Origin: an uncultured Alphaproteobacteria bacterium
GTDB taxonomy: Bacteria > Pseudomonadota > Alphaproteobacteria > Rs-D84
Assembly: GCA_963931495.1 (NCBI GenBank)
Contig: OZ007020.1
Location: forward strand, 630,001-662,000
Length of the DNA stretch: 32,000 bases
Direction: 5' to 3'
In this document: piece by piece, positions 31,921 through 32,000 of the stretch
How the letters are laid out: every line of letters starts with the position of its first letter
Numbering within the stretch: the first letter of the stretch is position 1
Made by a program: the position numbers and the translations under genes
Notes under the pieces: generated by a model
Databases searched by the model: none
Seen by the model: the letters and a program-made list of their open reading frames with translations, nothing else
What the model was told of the DNA's origin: nothing

Positions 31921-31933
31921 CATGTTATAATTC

Positions 31934-31961
31934 TTGCATTCTGGTTGTATATATTTATAAT
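31934..31961 (+). promoter_or_regulatory. consensus-like promoter for the downstream tRNA
   Basis: TTGCAT (31934-31939), 16-nt spacer, TATAAT (31956-31961). The tRNA 5' end lies 11 nt downstream. Confidence 0.65.
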
Positions 31962-31972
31962 AGGTGTGTTTT

Positions 31973-32000
31973 GCACCCGTGGCTTAACTGGATAGAGCAT
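31973..32000 (+). tRNA. 5' part of a tRNA gene cut by the window end (Arg-like D arm; identity undetermined)
   Basis: GCACCCG-UG-GCUUAACUGGAUAGAGC has acceptor and D-arm architecture. The anticodon lies outside the window. Confidence 0.6.

Noticed and set aside
1-32000. Scan for CRISPR arrays, IS elements or transposases, toxin-antitoxin pairs, restriction-modification or other known defence modules, DnaA boxes and CtrA boxes
   Set aside because: No spaced direct-repeat arrays, terminal inverted repeats or transposase-, integrase- or nuclease-like ORFs were seen. No TTATCCACA clusters were found, and there was only one imperfect TTAA-N7-GTAA half-match (~29888-29902).

Overview
AT-rich chromosomal segment that looks alphaproteobacterial: it has a DUF1013/TrcR-like gene, a DUF2155 gene, an alpha-type AddA and a Tat-exported AmiC. 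It is probably from a reduced or host-associated genome. Most genes are housekeeping: rpsP-rimM-trmD-rplS, tsaD, xseA, recN, addA, tmk, rpoD, cysS, a fused accD-accA, ihfB, a peroxiredoxin, amiC, prfB with its programmed +1 frameshift, two complete tRNA-Ser genes and one tRNA cut by the window end. I found no transposase, integrase, CRISPR array or recognisable defence system. The items that ordinary annotation does not explain are: (1) four tightly coupled cysteine-rich small ORFs of no family I recognise, interleaved inside the normally contiguous rpsP-rimM-trmD-rplS operon; (2) a tandem pair of paralogous unknown proteins with a conserved Cys...His...Asp pattern between tsaD and xseA; (3) a promoter, a ~130-nt multi-helix leader and an intrinsic terminator with an obvious alternative pairing in front of a PAP2 phosphatase gene, which makes it a candidate riboswitch or attenuator; (4) erosion of recombination genes, with ruvB reduced to a stop-riddled remnant, addA split into helicase and nuclease ORFs, and no adjacent addB or ruvA; (5) a GH108 muramidase gene that can only be reached by reading through two tandem terminators; (6) an orphan plus-strand terminator closing ~230 nt of unassigned sequence; (7) a 420-aa cysteine-rich secreted protein and a kinase-fold protein lacking the catalytic Asp; (8) several genes whose ATG lies 7-8 nt after a consensus -10 box with no Shine-Dalgarno sequence, suggesting leaderless mRNAs. 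All family assignments rest on motif recognition by eye. No database search was run.
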